Shown here piece after piece: positions 1 to 10,493 of a DNA stretch of 64,000 nt. The DNA comes from a virus. Under the pieces are notes generated by a model. That model was not told where the DNA came from. It saw only the letters and a list, made by a program, of their open reading frames with translations, and ran no database searches. Both the position numbers and the translations under genes were made by a program. The stretch spans positions 10,152 to 74,151 of IMG/VR virus record IMGVR_UViG_3300028384_000657, one strand, 5' to 3'. How positions within the stretch are numbered: position 1 is the stretch's first letter; each line of letters opens with the position of its first letter.

Positions 1-103
1 GCATATTGACGGCGATTCAAAAACCGAGTATAATTATATTAAGTCTAGAATTGAATCAAATTCTAGGAATGTCCAACGCCGAGATCAACGTCGCGAATCC
101 TGA
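1..103 (+). CDS. gp55: 3' end of late-transcription sigma factor gp55 (partial)
   Basis: Frame 2 reads HIDGDSKTEYNYIKSRIES...* to TGA at 101-103. Lies directly upstream of gp47, the usual cyanomyovirus order. Confidence 0.55.
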   Translation, partial: HIDGDSKTEYNYIKSRIESNSRNVQRRDQRRES

Positions 104-106
104 TTA

Positions 107-1141
107 ATGAAAGTCCTCCTGATTACTGATCAACACTTTGGTGTTCGTAACGACAATCAGTTTTTTATAAATCATTATAAAAAGTTTTATGGTGAAATTG
201 TAATTCCTTTTTTGAAAGCATCTGGTATCTCCACAGTCATCTGTCTTGGAGATACCTTTGATCGTCGTAGATCAATTAACTTTATGTCTCTAGATGAGGC
301 GAAGAAGATGTGGTTTGATCCTCTAGAGGAAATGAGTGTCAAAATGCACATGCTTGTAGGAAACCATGATATCTACTACAAAAACACTTTACGAGTTAAC
401 GCCCCAAGTGAATTACTTGGACAGTACAGCAACATCACAGTCCACGATAGACCTACTACCATTGACGTTGATGGTCTTCCTATACTTCTTTTGCCTTGGA
501 TATGTGACGAAAACTACGACGAATCCTTACGATCTATTACAGAAAGTCCTGCTACTGTCGTTATGGGCCATCTTGAGTTTAACGGGTTTGAAGCACATCC
601 TGGTCATATGATGGAAACGGGAATGGATCATTCCATTTTCAAAAAGTTTGATAAAGTGTTCAGTGGGCACTATCATATGAAGTCGAAGCGTGATAATGTA
701 GTCTATCTTGGTAATCCATATCAACTGTATTGGAATGACTACGCATCAAAAAGAGGATTCCACGTCCTCGACACTGACACTCTCAAAACTACTTTTTACA
801 GAAATCCCTTTACTACTTTTCATAAGTTGTATTATAATGACGGGGTTGCTATACCAGATCACCGAGAACTGGAGGGAACATTCGTCAAACTAATCGTAGA
901 AGATAAGGGAGACTATGCTAAGTTTGATTATGCCGTGAATCAACTTCAAAGCATGGGTTTAGCAGATCTAAAAATTATTGAAGATCTCAGTCTGGACCTT
1001 GAAAACGGCAATGCTGTGGTAGAATCCGAAGATACTTTGTCTTTGTTAGATAACTACATAGATGAGATAGACCTTAAAGTTAACAAGGGAAATGTCAAAT
1101 CTGTTATGCGTTCACTCTACATGGAAGCATCGGAGCTATAA
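107..1141 (+). CDS. gp47: Recombination endonuclease subunit (Mre11/SbcD-like)
   Basis: Metallophosphoesterase motifs DQHFG, GDTFD, GNHD, SGHYH; upstream of gp46. Confidence 0.95.
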   Translation: MKVLLITDQHFGVRNDNQFFINHYKKFYGEIVIPFLKASGISTVICLGDTFDRRRSINFMSLDEAKKMWFDPLEEMSVKMHMLVGNHDIYYKNTLRVNAPSELLGQYSNITVHDRPTTIDVDGLPILLLPWICDENYDESLRSITESPATVVMGHLEFNGFEAHPGHMMETGMDHSIFKKFDKVFSGHYHMKSKRDNVVYLGNPYQLYWNDYASKRGFHVLDTDTLKTTFYRNPFTTFHKLYYNDGVAIPDHRELEGTFVKLIVEDKGDYAKFDYAVNQLQSMGLADLKIIEDLSLDLENGNAVVESEDTLSLLDNYIDEIDLKVNKGNVKSVMRSLYMEASEL

Positions 1142-1402
1142 ATGTTTATTTTAACAGAAGAATCCACTGGCGGAGTCTTTGCTGTACAAGACAAACGGAA
1201 CGAATTTAAAAGAATCGTTCAATGTTTTGAAGATAAAGATGACGCTGAAAGATATCTGGTATTATTAGAAGGTGATAACTATCCAGATCAATTACAAATT
1301 ATGGAAGTAGAACCAGAAGTCATCGCTTTTAATTGTGTAAACCATGGTTATGAATATACTGTTGTAACTCCTAACGACTTTGTGATCCCCGACATACTAT
1401 GA
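1142..1402 (+). CDS. Hypothetical protein (DUF3110-like)
   Basis: FEDKDDAERY motif; between gp47 and gp46. Confidence 0.6.
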   Translation: MFILTEESTGGVFAVQDKRNEFKRIVQCFEDKDDAERYLVLLEGDNYPDQLQIMEVEPEVIAFNCVNHGYEYTVVTPNDFVIPDIL

Positions 1403-3120
1403 TTGTATTTGAAACTATCCGCTGGAAGAATTTTTTATCTACAGGTGACCAGTGGACAGAAATTAAACTAGACGAAACAACATCAACGTTGATCGTCGGA
1501 CAGAATGGTGCTGGAAAATCGACTATGCTCGATGCACTGTGTTTTGGTCTGTTCAATAAACCATTTAGAAAAATCAACCGTGGACAGTTGGTAAACAGTA
1601 TCAACGAAAAGGGTCTGAAGGTTGAAGTGTGCTTTACTATAGGTCGTGATGATTATCGGGTATTCCGAGGAGCAAAACCAAATGTCTTTGAACTTTATCG
1701 AAACAATAAACTGGTCGATCAGGACGCTGCTGCCAAAGACACGCAGAAGTACTTGGAGCAATCAGTGCTCAAACTCAATTTCAAAAGTTTCACTCAAGTC
1801 GTTATACTCGGATCATCAACTTTTGTCCCCTTCATGCAACTCCCTGCCTCTCACAGGCGAGAAGTTATTGAAGATCTACTTGACATCAACATCTTCTCAA
1901 ACATGAATTCTTTGCTGAAGGATCGTATCCGAACAGCACAAGGACAGAGTAAAGATTGCGTTCATATGTTGAGTCTTGCAGAAGAGAAAGTTAATAGTCA
2001 AGAGAGACTAATTGAATCTCTCCAGCAAGTTAATAATACACGTCAGAAAGAGAAGTTAGAAAAATATACCAACAATAAGAATTTAATTGCTGAACACCAG
2101 CAAGCAAAAGTATCTAAAGAGAATGAACTTTCTGAGTTAGAATCTCAGATCAAAGACGTTACTAGTCACAAAGAACTCTTGAGTAGTTTGAGACAGTCAC
2201 AGTCTGATATCAACTCGGAACTGAAATCTGCTGCCAAAGAATTAAAGTTCTTTAAATCACATGACGAGTGCCCTACTTGCTCTCAGCAGATTGAACCTGC
2301 ATTTAAGAATGCTGTAATCGGTGGTCTTGAGGGTAAAGGTAAGAACCTAACTAAGCAGTTTAAGTCTATCACCACCGAGATTGCTGATGCTGTATCGATT
2401 GTAGAAAAGATGGAAGATCTTTCTACCAATTGTCATAATGTTCGATCTCAGATTAGTTCTTCTGAGAGAGAAGTTGTACGTCTAGAGATGGAGAATCTTC
2501 AACTTGATAAGGAGATGATCGAACTACAAACTAACACTCCTAACCTTGATAAGGAAAAATCATCTCTGGTTGAGTTTGAAGGTCAGTTGAAATCTACAAA
2601 AAACGACTGTAGTGAGATCAATCAAACCTTAGATGAGTATCAGGTTGTGTCATCTTTGTTGAGAGATTCTGGAATCAAAAGTCAGATTATCAAAAAATAT
2701 GTGCCTGTATTCAATAATCTTATCAATAAATACCTGCATAGCATGGATTTCTTTGTCAACTTTACCCTTGATGAAGAATTTAATGAAGTTATTAAAAGTA
2801 GATTTCGTGATGAGTTCTCATATGCTTCCTTCTCTGAGGGAGAGAAGCAAAAGATCGATCTCGCTTTGCTTTTTACATGGCGAGAAGTCGCTAGGATGAA
2901 AAATAGTGTTGCCACCAATCTACTCATACTTGATGAGGTATTTGATAGTTCTCTCGATACAGAGGGCACTAATGAACTGTTTAAGATTTTGCGTAGTCTT
3001 GGGAGTGATACTAATGTCTTTGTTATTTCGCACAAAGGGGATATTCTTGTAGATAAATTTTTAAGGACAATCAAATTTGAAAAAGTCAATGACTTCTCAA
3101 AAATGTCAGACGATTCGTAA
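1399..3120 (+). CDS. gp46: Recombination ATPase subunit (Rad50/SbcC-like)
   Basis: Walker A GQNGAGKS, zinc hook CPTC, signature FSEGE, Walker B LILDE. Confidence 0.95.
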   Translation: MIVFETIRWKNFLSTGDQWTEIKLDETTSTLIVGQNGAGKSTMLDALCFGLFNKPFRKINRGQLVNSINEKGLKVEVCFTIGRDDYRVFRGAKPNVFELYRNNKLVDQDAAAKDTQKYLEQSVLKLNFKSFTQVVILGSSTFVPFMQLPASHRREVIEDLLDINIFSNMNSLLKDRIRTAQGQSKDCVHMLSLAEEKVNSQERLIESLQQVNNTRQKEKLEKYTNNKNLIAEHQQAKVSKENELSELESQIKDVTSHKELLSSLRQSQSDINSELKSAAKELKFFKSHDECPTCSQQIEPAFKNAVIGGLEGKGKNLTKQFKSITTEIADAVSIVEKMEDLSTNCHNVRSQISSSEREVVRLEMENLQLDKEMIELQTNTPNLDKEKSSLVEFEGQLKSTKNDCSEINQTLDEYQVVSSLLRDSGIKSQIIKKYVPVFNNLINKYLHSMDFFVNFTLDEEFNEVIKSRFRDEFSYASFSEGEKQKIDLALLFTWREVARMKNSVATNLLILDEVFDSSLDTEGTNELFKILRSLGSDTNVFVISHKGDILVDKFLRTIKFEKVNDFSKMSDDS

Positions 3121-3334
3121 AGCGTGGCGAGTCTGGGCAAAAGCATTAGGGCAGAAAGATGGACGAAACGACAGAGAGGCTGATACTATTGCTGGCATAC
3201 GCACCCTTATTTTTGTTTCTTACATGGTTACAAACATCGCTATTGTGGCTAATGCAGTAAGACATTGGGACAATCGACAAACTGTCCCCATGGTGGACCA
3301 TGCCATTGACGATCGTGTTATACTTAACAAGTAA
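3077..3334 (+). CDS. Small hypothetical membrane protein
   Basis: WRVWAKALG motif plus one hydrophobic segment; true start may be further downstream. Confidence 0.6.
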   Translation: MKKSMTSQKCQTIRKAWRVWAKALGQKDGRNDREADTIAGIRTLIFVSYMVTNIAIVANAVRHWDNRQTVPMVDHAIDDRVILNK

Positions 3335-3346
3335 TCGAAAGAAAGC

Positions 3347-5506
3347 ATGATCAACACCGAAGTCAAAGGAACCCTCGCCAAATTGTTGGCAACCGAAAAT
3401 CTGACTGTGGAACACCGCAAAGTCAGTACTGCATACTTTGATGTTGATGAACGGGTTCTGTGTCTTCCTATCTGGGAGCGTGCTTCTAGCACTGTATATG
3501 ATCTCCTGGTAGGTCATGAGGTTGGTCATGCTCTCTACACCCCTCCAGAGGACTACTCAGACGCTCCTAAGGCGTTTATGAACGTCCTAGAGGATGCTCG
3601 TATCGAGCGTATGATGAAGCAGACATATCCTGGTCTTCGTCAAACTTTCTTTGAAGGTTACAAAGAATTGTGGGAAGATGATTTCTTCGGAGTCTCGGAA
3701 GATGAACTTCCCTACATCCCATTCATCGATCGTATCAACCTGTATTTCAAAGGTAATAACCTGGTTGAATTTTCTGATGAAGAGATGCCATATGTTGTAC
3801 GTGCTGGACAAACTAAGACTTTCCGAGAAGTTATTGACCTTGCTGTAGAGATCTATGAGTTCTCTAAGCAGAAGCAAGAGGAAAAGGATGATGATTTCCA
3901 AACACCTCCTGAACGAGATACTGATAATAACACCACTGCAGATGATGAAGTTCAGGTAGGTAATACTGAGGATGAAGATAAAGAGTGGCCTACAGAGAGC
4001 GATCCAGAAAGTGATCATCGTAGTGATCGAGACTTTTCTGATGATGAGGATCCCGATTTAGATACTCCTAGTTACAGTCAGGAGGAGACTGGTGGTAGCG
4101 ACTTTGATGAAACTGAAAGTATCACCGACAGCGCACTTCAAGAGTCTCTGTCACGTCTTATCTCTGATGATGCTAAGGAATGGGTCTATCTAGATCTGCC
4201 TCAGTTCAATTATCGTGACTTTACTGAAGGATATGATGACATTCAAAAAGATCTGAAGAAGTGGTTTGATCGTAGTATTGACGGATTTGTTGATATTGAC
4301 AACTATGATTACTTCCATAAAAATGTTGCATACGCCGTAGACAAATATACTTCCTTTAAGAAAGATGCACAGAAGTCTGTGAACTATCTTGTTAAACAGT
4401 TTGAGATGAAGAAGTCTGCTGATGAATACAAGCGTTCTGCAACTTCTAAGACAGGTGTTATTGATACAAATAAACTGTTCAAATATAAGTTGACTGATGA
4501 TATCTTTAAGAAAGTTACTGTTGTGCCTGAAGGTAAGAACCATGGTTTGGTGATGTATCTGGACTGGTCTGGTTCTATGCAGTATCAATTGCTTGATACA
4601 TTAAAGCAAACTTACAACCTCATTTGGTTCTGTCGCAAGGCAAATATTCCCTTCCGTGTGTATGGATTCCAAAGTGGATTGCGTCCAGAACAAGCTCCTC
4701 CCGTTAATCATAATAGGGGTGTTGGTATTACTCTTGCTGAGGACTTCAAACTTTTTGAGTTCTTCTCTTCTCGTCAGAATCGACAGTCCCTGGATGAATC
4801 CATGCGACTAGTTTGGACTCAAGTATTTGCTTTTGCTGGTCATCGTATTCCATATTGCAACAAGTACACACTTGGCGGAACTCCTTTGGTCGAAGCGGTT
4901 CTTTGCACTCGTCAGATTGCACAAGAACTTAAAAAGGTTGAACAAGTTCAGAAGGTTACTATCATCTCTCTTACTGATGGTGAGTCTAATCCAATGATGT
5001 TTGCTCAGAAAATTGACGCTAGTAATGATTATCTTGGCAGAGAATATAAGAACACCTATCTGTGTCATCAGATCAGTAAAGTCTTTATTCTTCGTGATCC
5101 TGTTACTGGGTATTCTCGTAAAATCAATCCCTCTGCATATTACACTACTAAAGAGATTGTTTCTTTCTATAGAGAGATTACTGATTACAATTGGATTGGT
5201 ATTCGTATCTGTAATAAAGGTGAACTCACACGTCTAATTCGTTACTTCGATATGCAAGTTGATGAAGATGCCATCGATAAGCAGTGGAGGAAGGATAAGT
5301 TTGCCTCTCTGAAGAATGTTGCTGGATTTACTGAGTCTTTCTATATGCCTGATAAGAATACGGGCATGGGAACTACAGAACTTAATGTCAATCAGAAGAG
5401 TGAAGTTGCTACTAAATCTGAGTTGACTCGTGCTTTCAAAAAGCATATGGGTTCTAAGATGATGAACAAGACTGTTCTGAATGCATTCATAGACCAGATC
5501 GCATAG
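3347..5506 (+). CDS. Zn-metallopeptidase / vWA (CobT-like) protein
   Basis: HEVGH (HEXXH), NVLEDARIE, acidic linker, MIDAS DWSGS and TDGE; upstream of a MoxR-type ATPase. Confidence 0.8.
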   Translation: MINTEVKGTLAKLLATENLTVEHRKVSTAYFDVDERVLCLPIWERASSTVYDLLVGHEVGHALYTPPEDYSDAPKAFMNVLEDARIERMMKQTYPGLRQTFFEGYKELWEDDFFGVSEDELPYIPFIDRINLYFKGNNLVEFSDEEMPYVVRAGQTKTFREVIDLAVEIYEFSKQKQEEKDDDFQTPPERDTDNNTTADDEVQVGNTEDEDKEWPTESDPESDHRSDRDFSDDEDPDLDTPSYSQEETGGSDFDETESITDSALQESLSRLISDDAKEWVYLDLPQFNYRDFTEGYDDIQKDLKKWFDRSIDGFVDIDNYDYFHKNVAYAVDKYTSFKKDAQKSVNYLVKQFEMKKSADEYKRSATSKTGVIDTNKLFKYKLTDDIFKKVTVVPEGKNHGLVMYLDWSGSMQYQLLDTLKQTYNLIWFCRKANIPFRVYGFQSGLRPEQAPPVNHNRGVGITLAEDFKLFEFFSSRQNRQSLDESMRLVWTQVFAFAGHRIPYCNKYTLGGTPLVEAVLCTRQIAQELKKVEQVQKVTIISLTDGESNPMMFAQKIDASNDYLGREYKNTYLCHQISKVFILRDPVTGYSRKINPSAYYTTKEIVSFYREITDYNWIGIRICNKGELTRLIRYFDMQVDEDAIDKQWRKDKFASLKNVAGFTESFYMPDKNTGMGTTELNVNQKSEVATKSELTRAFKKHMGSKMMNKTVLNAFIDQIA

Positions 5507-5572
5507 TGGCACATGGGGTGGTCACACCCCACATACATCTGCTATAATTAATTCATACAAACAAACAATCCA

Positions 5573-6652
5573 ATGCCTTTCGCCCCAAATCCTGTTACTA
5601 CCGAAGACCTTGTTCAGTATCTCAATGAGCATGTCGGAACTGAAGTCGGATGTAAGAACATCCGTGAGGCAGCAAAGCAATTGAACGTATCTTACGCTAC
5701 TGCTTGCAAACGTCTTAAATCTTATAAATCAGGTACGGGCAAGTGGAACCTGACCGCTCAAGAAATTGAGCGAGCATATGATGCTCCTTCTGCTCAACCT
5801 GCCGTCGAAATCTCTTACATCCCTGACACCGATGATTCCTACGTCCAGTTTGGTAACTTCGCTACTGTTAAAAAAATTATTCAGTCCCGTCTATTCTACC
5901 CTGCATTTATCACGGGTCTCTCGGGTAATGGTAAAACGCTCTCTGTTGAGCAAGCGTGTGCCTCAACAAAGCGAGAGTTGATTCGTGTCAACATCACCAT
6001 CGAAACGGACGAAGATGATCTTATTGGCGGTTTCCGTCTCGTCAATGGCGATACTGTTTGGCACAATGGTCCTGTCATCGAAGCTCTGGAGAGGGGAGCT
6101 ATTCTTCTTCTAGACGAGATCGACCTTGCCTCTAACAAGATTCTCTGTCTTCAGTCTGTCCTTGAGGGCAAGGGAGTGTTCCTCAAGAAAATTGGTAAAT
6201 ATGTAAAACCCGCTAAAGGATTCAATGTTATTGCAACTGCAAATACTAAAGGTAAAGGCAGCGATGACGGTCGCTTTGTTGGAACCAATGTTCTTAATGA
6301 AGCATTCCTTGAGCGTTTCCCAGTCACCTTCGAGCAAGATTATCCCGTTGCCTCTGTTGAGACAAAGATCCTTTTGAACGCTGGTGCTGACCAAGACTTT
6401 GCTGATAACCTGGTCAAGTGGGCAGGTGTGATCCGTAAAACTTTCTTCGATGGTGGGGTTGATGAAGTCATTACCACTCGTCGTCTAGTTCATATTGTTC
6501 AGGCATTCGGTATCTTTGGTAATCGCTTGAATGCAATCAAGGCATGTGTCAATCGTTTTGATGATGACACTAAGCAATCCTTCCTGGATCTTTATACAAA
6601 GGTTGACGCAGGAGAGGAAACAGAGTACAATGATGAAGATGAATCCATCTGA
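5573..6652 (+). CDS. cobS: CobS-like MoxR AAA+ ATPase
   Basis: Walker A GLSGNGKT, Walker B LLLDEID, ATANTKG, NEAFLERF. Confidence 0.9.
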   Translation: MPFAPNPVTTEDLVQYLNEHVGTEVGCKNIREAAKQLNVSYATACKRLKSYKSGTGKWNLTAQEIERAYDAPSAQPAVEISYIPDTDDSYVQFGNFATVKKIIQSRLFYPAFITGLSGNGKTLSVEQACASTKRELIRVNITIETDEDDLIGGFRLVNGDTVWHNGPVIEALERGAILLLDEIDLASNKILCLQSVLEGKGVFLKKIGKYVKPAKGFNVIATANTKGKGSDDGRFVGTNVLNEAFLERFPVTFEQDYPVASVETKILLNAGADQDFADNLVKWAGVIRKTFFDGGVDEVITTRRLVHIVQAFGIFGNRLNAIKACVNRFDDDTKQSFLDLYTKVDAGEETEYNDEDESI

Positions 6653-6654
6653 TT

Positions 6655-6933
6655 ATGAAATACAATGAAGAGGAGCTCCTTAAGGAGATCCGAGACTATA
6701 TCATTGGCACTTACAAACAGCACTATGCAACTGATAGTATTCAGACGCTAGACTTGATTGATGCCTGTGGAGACGCTGAAGCATTCTGTCGGAGTAATAT
6801 TCTGAAGTATGCATCTCGATATGATAAGAAGGGAACTGCTCGTCGTGATATCATTAAGATCCTTCACTACGGTCTTCTCCTTCTTCATTTCAACGACAAA
6901 TACGCATCCCCTACTGAAACTTATCCTCAATGA
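6655..6933 (+). CDS. Conserved hypothetical protein (DUF3310-like)
   Basis: HY...NILKYASRYDKKG...DIIKILHY pattern. Confidence 0.65.
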   Translation: MKYNEEELLKEIRDYIIGTYKQHYATDSIQTLDLIDACGDAEAFCRSNILKYASRYDKKGTARRDIIKILHYGLLLLHFNDKYASPTETYPQ

Positions 6934-7595
6934 CCGTAATTTCCCGCCCAACAATTGAAGTCCTTAAGAACTTTTGTTCAATCAATAAATCGATCGTTAT
7001 CAAACCTGGTAATCAAGTTGCCACTCTCAGCATCAACAAAAACATTCTTGCTATTGCTGAAGTAGAAGAACAGTTTGATTCGCAGATTTCTATTTACGAT
7101 CTGGGTGTATTCATTGGAGGTTTGTCTCTCTTTAACGAACCCAAGATCGATACAACTCAAACTAACTTTATCACTGTAAGTGATGAGAGGGGTAAGTCTA
7201 AGACTCGTTATTTCTACGCTGATCCTGATGTTATTGTTCAACCTCCTGAGAAAGAGATCTCTCTACCCTCTGTAGATGTTGAATTCACTCTCTCTTCTAA
7301 CACACTGGCACAATTGCAGCGAGCGGCATCTGTGTATGCTCTGCCAGATCTCTGTCTGTATGGATTCAATGGATCGTTGCAACTTTGTGTGACTGACAAA
7401 AAGAATGATACCTCTAATAGTTACTCTGTTGAAGTTGGTGAGACCAACGACAATCAGTTCTGTTATTGTTTCAAAGTAGAGAATCTCAAACTTCTTCCTG
7501 GTGACTACAAAGTTTCTATCAGTAAGCAAAACGTAGCACTCTTTGAAGGTGAAAACATCAAGTACTATATCGCACTTGAACCCTCTGTTTCCTGA
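6930..7595 (+). CDS. gp45: Sliding clamp
   Basis: LKNFCSINKSI N-terminus, YYIALE C-terminus; synteny with gp44. Confidence 0.93.
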   Translation: MTVISRPTIEVLKNFCSINKSIVIKPGNQVATLSINKNILAIAEVEEQFDSQISIYDLGVFIGGLSLFNEPKIDTTQTNFITVSDERGKSKTRYFYADPDVIVQPPEKEISLPSVDVEFTLSSNTLAQLQRAASVYALPDLCLYGFNGSLQLCVTDKKNDTSNSYSVEVGETNDNQFCYCFKVENLKLLPGDYKVSISKQNVALFEGENIKYYIALEPSVS

Positions 7596-7609
7596 TTTAT
7601 TTTTTTATT

Positions 7610-8551
7610 ATGAATGATTTCCTCTGGGTAGAAAAGTATCGTCCTCAGAAAGTTGAGGAGTGCATTCTACCCGAATCTGTGAAGCACACCTTCCAGAGTT
7701 TTATTGATCAGGGTGAGATTCCTAATCTCCTGCTTTCTGGAACTGCTGGTGTTGGTAAGACTACTATTGCTAAAGCACTCTGTAACGAACTAGGAGCAGA
7801 TTATTATGTTATCAATGGGTCCGATGAAGGTCGATTCCTGGATACTGTACGCAATCAAGCAAAAAACTTTGCTTCTACTGTGTCTCTCACTGCTTCTGCT
7901 CGTCACAAGGTTCTTATCATCGATGAGGCAGACAATACAACACCTGATGTTCAACTTCTACTCAGGGCGTCGATTGAGGAGTTTCAAAAGAACTGTCGAT
8001 TCATCTTTACTTGTAACTTCAAGAACAAGATCATCGAGCCGCTACATAGTAGGACGACTGTCGTAGAGTTCAATGTTCGTGGACAGACTAAGCAAGAGTT
8101 GGCAGGTGCTTTCTTCAATAGGTGCCAAGATATCCTCAAACGCGAGGAGGTCGCCTTCCAACCTAGAGTTGTTGCTGAAGTCGTACAGAAATACTTCCCC
8201 GACTTCCGACGCACCCTCAACGAACTCCAGCGATATGCAAGCACAGGGTCTATCGACACTGGCATTCTGGCGACGCTAGGTGATGCAAACATCAACACCC
8301 TGGTCGATAGTCTCAAGAACAAGAAATTCAACGATGTAAAAAAGTGGGTAACACAGAACCTTGATTCTGATCCCACATCTATCATGCGTAAACTCTATGA
8401 TAATCTGTCTACTGTGATGGACGGTCCTAGTGTTGCCGCTGCTGTTCTAATTATTGCTGAGTATCAATACAAGTCTGCATTTGTTGTAGACCAAGAAATT
8501 AATCTGCTCGCTTGTCTTACTCAACTAATGCTGGAGTGTAATTTCAAATGA
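7610..8551 (+). CDS. gp44: Clamp loader large subunit
   Basis: WVEKYRP, GTAGVGKT, IIDEAD. Confidence 0.95.
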   Translation: MNDFLWVEKYRPQKVEECILPESVKHTFQSFIDQGEIPNLLLSGTAGVGKTTIAKALCNELGADYYVINGSDEGRFLDTVRNQAKNFASTVSLTASARHKVLIIDEADNTTPDVQLLLRASIEEFQKNCRFIFTCNFKNKIIEPLHSRTTVVEFNVRGQTKQELAGAFFNRCQDILKREEVAFQPRVVAEVVQKYFPDFRRTLNELQRYASTGSIDTGILATLGDANINTLVDSLKNKKFNDVKKWVTQNLDSDPTSIMRKLYDNLSTVMDGPSVAAAVLIIAEYQYKSAFVVDQEINLLACLTQLMLECNFK

Positions 8552-8844
8552 AAGATGTGAAACTGATTAGGATGATCACTGGAGAGGAGATCATCGCTGA
8601 AGTCCTTGATTGGAAAGATGGTGTTCTTACTATCAAGAATGCCTTGCTAGTAATTCCTCAGCAGAATCAAGTTGGGTTTGCTCCCTGGGCAACGGTAATC
8701 GATCCAGAGCATCCCGAGATTGGTCTTGATATGAAACATGTTATCTACAGTGTTGAGGTAGCACCAGCAGTTGCAGACCAGTACAATCAAATCTTTGGCA
8801 ACAAAATTATTACTACTCCCGAAGAGAAGAAACTTATTCTATGA
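8548..8844 (+). CDS. Conserved hypothetical protein (Sm-like fold suspected)
   Basis: KLIRMITGEEIIA motif typical of small T4-like phage proteins. Confidence 0.6.
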   Translation: MKDVKLIRMITGEEIIAEVLDWKDGVLTIKNALLVIPQQNQVGFAPWATVIDPEHPEIGLDMKHVIYSVEVAPAVADQYNQIFGNKIITTPEEKKLIL

Positions 8845-9674
8845 CCGCTCTGAAAACTCCCCTTCGTTATCCTGGTGGGAAGTCTCGTGCTGTCAAAAAG
8901 ATGGCACCCTTCTTTCCGCTCTTCAAAGACTATACTGAATATCGTGAACCATTTCTCGGTGGTGGTTCTGTAGCACTTTATATCACTCAGATGTATCCTC
9001 ATCTAGATATTTGGGTGAACGATCTCTACGAACCGCTTTACAATTTCTGGCGTGAACTACAGGAGAATCCTGATGAAATTAGGTCCCAACTCATCCAACT
9101 TAAACAAAGGCACCCTGACCCCTCTTCCGCAAAATATCTTTTCAAGGAGTCTAAAGAGTATCTCGGGAATGACCCCCGACGCTGTGATGCTACGGCTCGT
9201 GCTGTCAGTTTCTATATTGTTAACAAGTGCTCTTTTTCTGGTCTCACTGAATCCTCGTCCTTTTCAAAACAGGCGTCCGATAACAACTTCTCCTTCAGGG
9301 GATTTGACAAACTGCCATACTACTCACAAGTCATCAGAAACTGGAAGATCACAAATCTTTCTTACGACGCCTTGATGACCGATGACAAAAAAACTTTTGT
9401 TTATCTAGATCCTCCGTACGATATTAAGTCAAACCTGTATGGTAAAAAGGGTGACATGCATAAAGGGTTTGACCATGACGAATTTTATTATACTTGCGAT
9501 CGATATACCTGCGATCAAATGGTCTCCTATAACTCTTCTAATCTTATTAAGTCTAGATTTATTGACTGGAAACCTCTTGAATACGATCATACTTACACCA
9601 TGCGATCCGTTGGTGAATACATGCAAGAACAACAAACCCGTAAAGAACTCCTGCTCCTAAATTATGTCGTATGA
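8841..9674 (+). CDS. dam: DNA adenine methyltransferase (D12/Dam class)
   Basis: RYPGGKS, EPFLGGGS, YLDPPY. Confidence 0.9.
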   Translation: MTALKTPLRYPGGKSRAVKKMAPFFPLFKDYTEYREPFLGGGSVALYITQMYPHLDIWVNDLYEPLYNFWRELQENPDEIRSQLIQLKQRHPDPSSAKYLFKESKEYLGNDPRRCDATARAVSFYIVNKCSFSGLTESSSFSKQASDNNFSFRGFDKLPYYSQVIRNWKITNLSYDALMTDDKKTFVYLDPPYDIKSNLYGKKGDMHKGFDHDEFYYTCDRYTCDQMVSYNSSNLIKSRFIDWKPLEYDHTYTMRSVGEYMQEQQTRKELLLLNYVV

Positions 9675-10065
9675 TGAAAGGTATCCTCTTAAGGATTATC
9701 TAAATACCATCAATCAAACTAAACAGTATTTGATGGATGAAGATCCTGGTTGGGAAAAGAACTATCCTGCTTATGTAATTAATAAGTGTATGTCGCAACA
9801 CATGGACACCATCATGTATGCGAATGAAATGAATCAGTATCAAGGTCTAGACAAGAAATTACAATATGATTTCTTTATAAATATCGTCAGACCCCGCAAG
9901 AGATTCTCTCCTTGGGGTAAGAAACAAAAGGTGAAAGATCTTGAACTTGTCAAGCAATATTATGGTTACTCAACCGAAAAAGCATTGCAGGCATTGCGGA
10001 TTCTATCTCCTGAACAACTTGAAATTATCCGAGATAAATTGAATAAAGGGGGTAAGACCAGATGA
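9664..10065 (+). CDS. gp62: Clamp loader small subunit
   Basis: YANEMN, LQYDFF, YYGYS motifs; directly before regA. Confidence 0.9.
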   Translation: MSYDERYPLKDYLNTINQTKQYLMDEDPGWEKNYPAYVINKCMSQHMDTIMYANEMNQYQGLDKKLQYDFFINIVRPRKRFSPWGKKQKVKDLELVKQYYGYSTEKALQALRILSPEQLEIIRDKLNKGGKTR

Positions 10066-10493
10066 GTGAACTTAACGAAGTTCAGTGGACAAAAGATGAT
10101 ATGGTTGAGGTGAACCTAAAGGAACCAGATGATTTCCTGAAGGTCCGTGAAACTCTTACCCGTATTGGTGTCGCGTCGAGAAAAGAAAAGAAACTTTATC
10201 AATCCTGCCATATCTTACATAAGAAGGGTCAGTATTATATCGTTCACTTCAAGGAACTATTTGCGTTGGATGGTAAGAAAGTAAATCTTTCTGAAAATGA
10301 TGTTCAACGTAGAAATAGAATTGTAAAACTTCTTTCCGACTGGGGATTGGTAGAGATTGTAAAGGAGGCAGTTGTCTCTGATGCTGCTCCACTCAGTCAG
10401 ATTAAAGTGATCGCCTATAAAGATAAGGGCGAATGGATTCTAGAATCCAAATATAACATTGGGAAGAAACGTCAAACAAATGAGCACTCATGA
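10062..10493 (+). CDS. regA: Translational repressor RegA
   Basis: DDFLKVRETLTRIG, LYQSCHILHK, YYIVHFKELF. Confidence 0.95.
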   Translation: MSELNEVQWTKDDMVEVNLKEPDDFLKVRETLTRIGVASRKEKKLYQSCHILHKKGQYYIVHFKELFALDGKKVNLSENDVQRRNRIVKLLSDWGLVEIVKEAVVSDAAPLSQIKVIAYKDKGEWILESKYNIGKKRQTNEHS

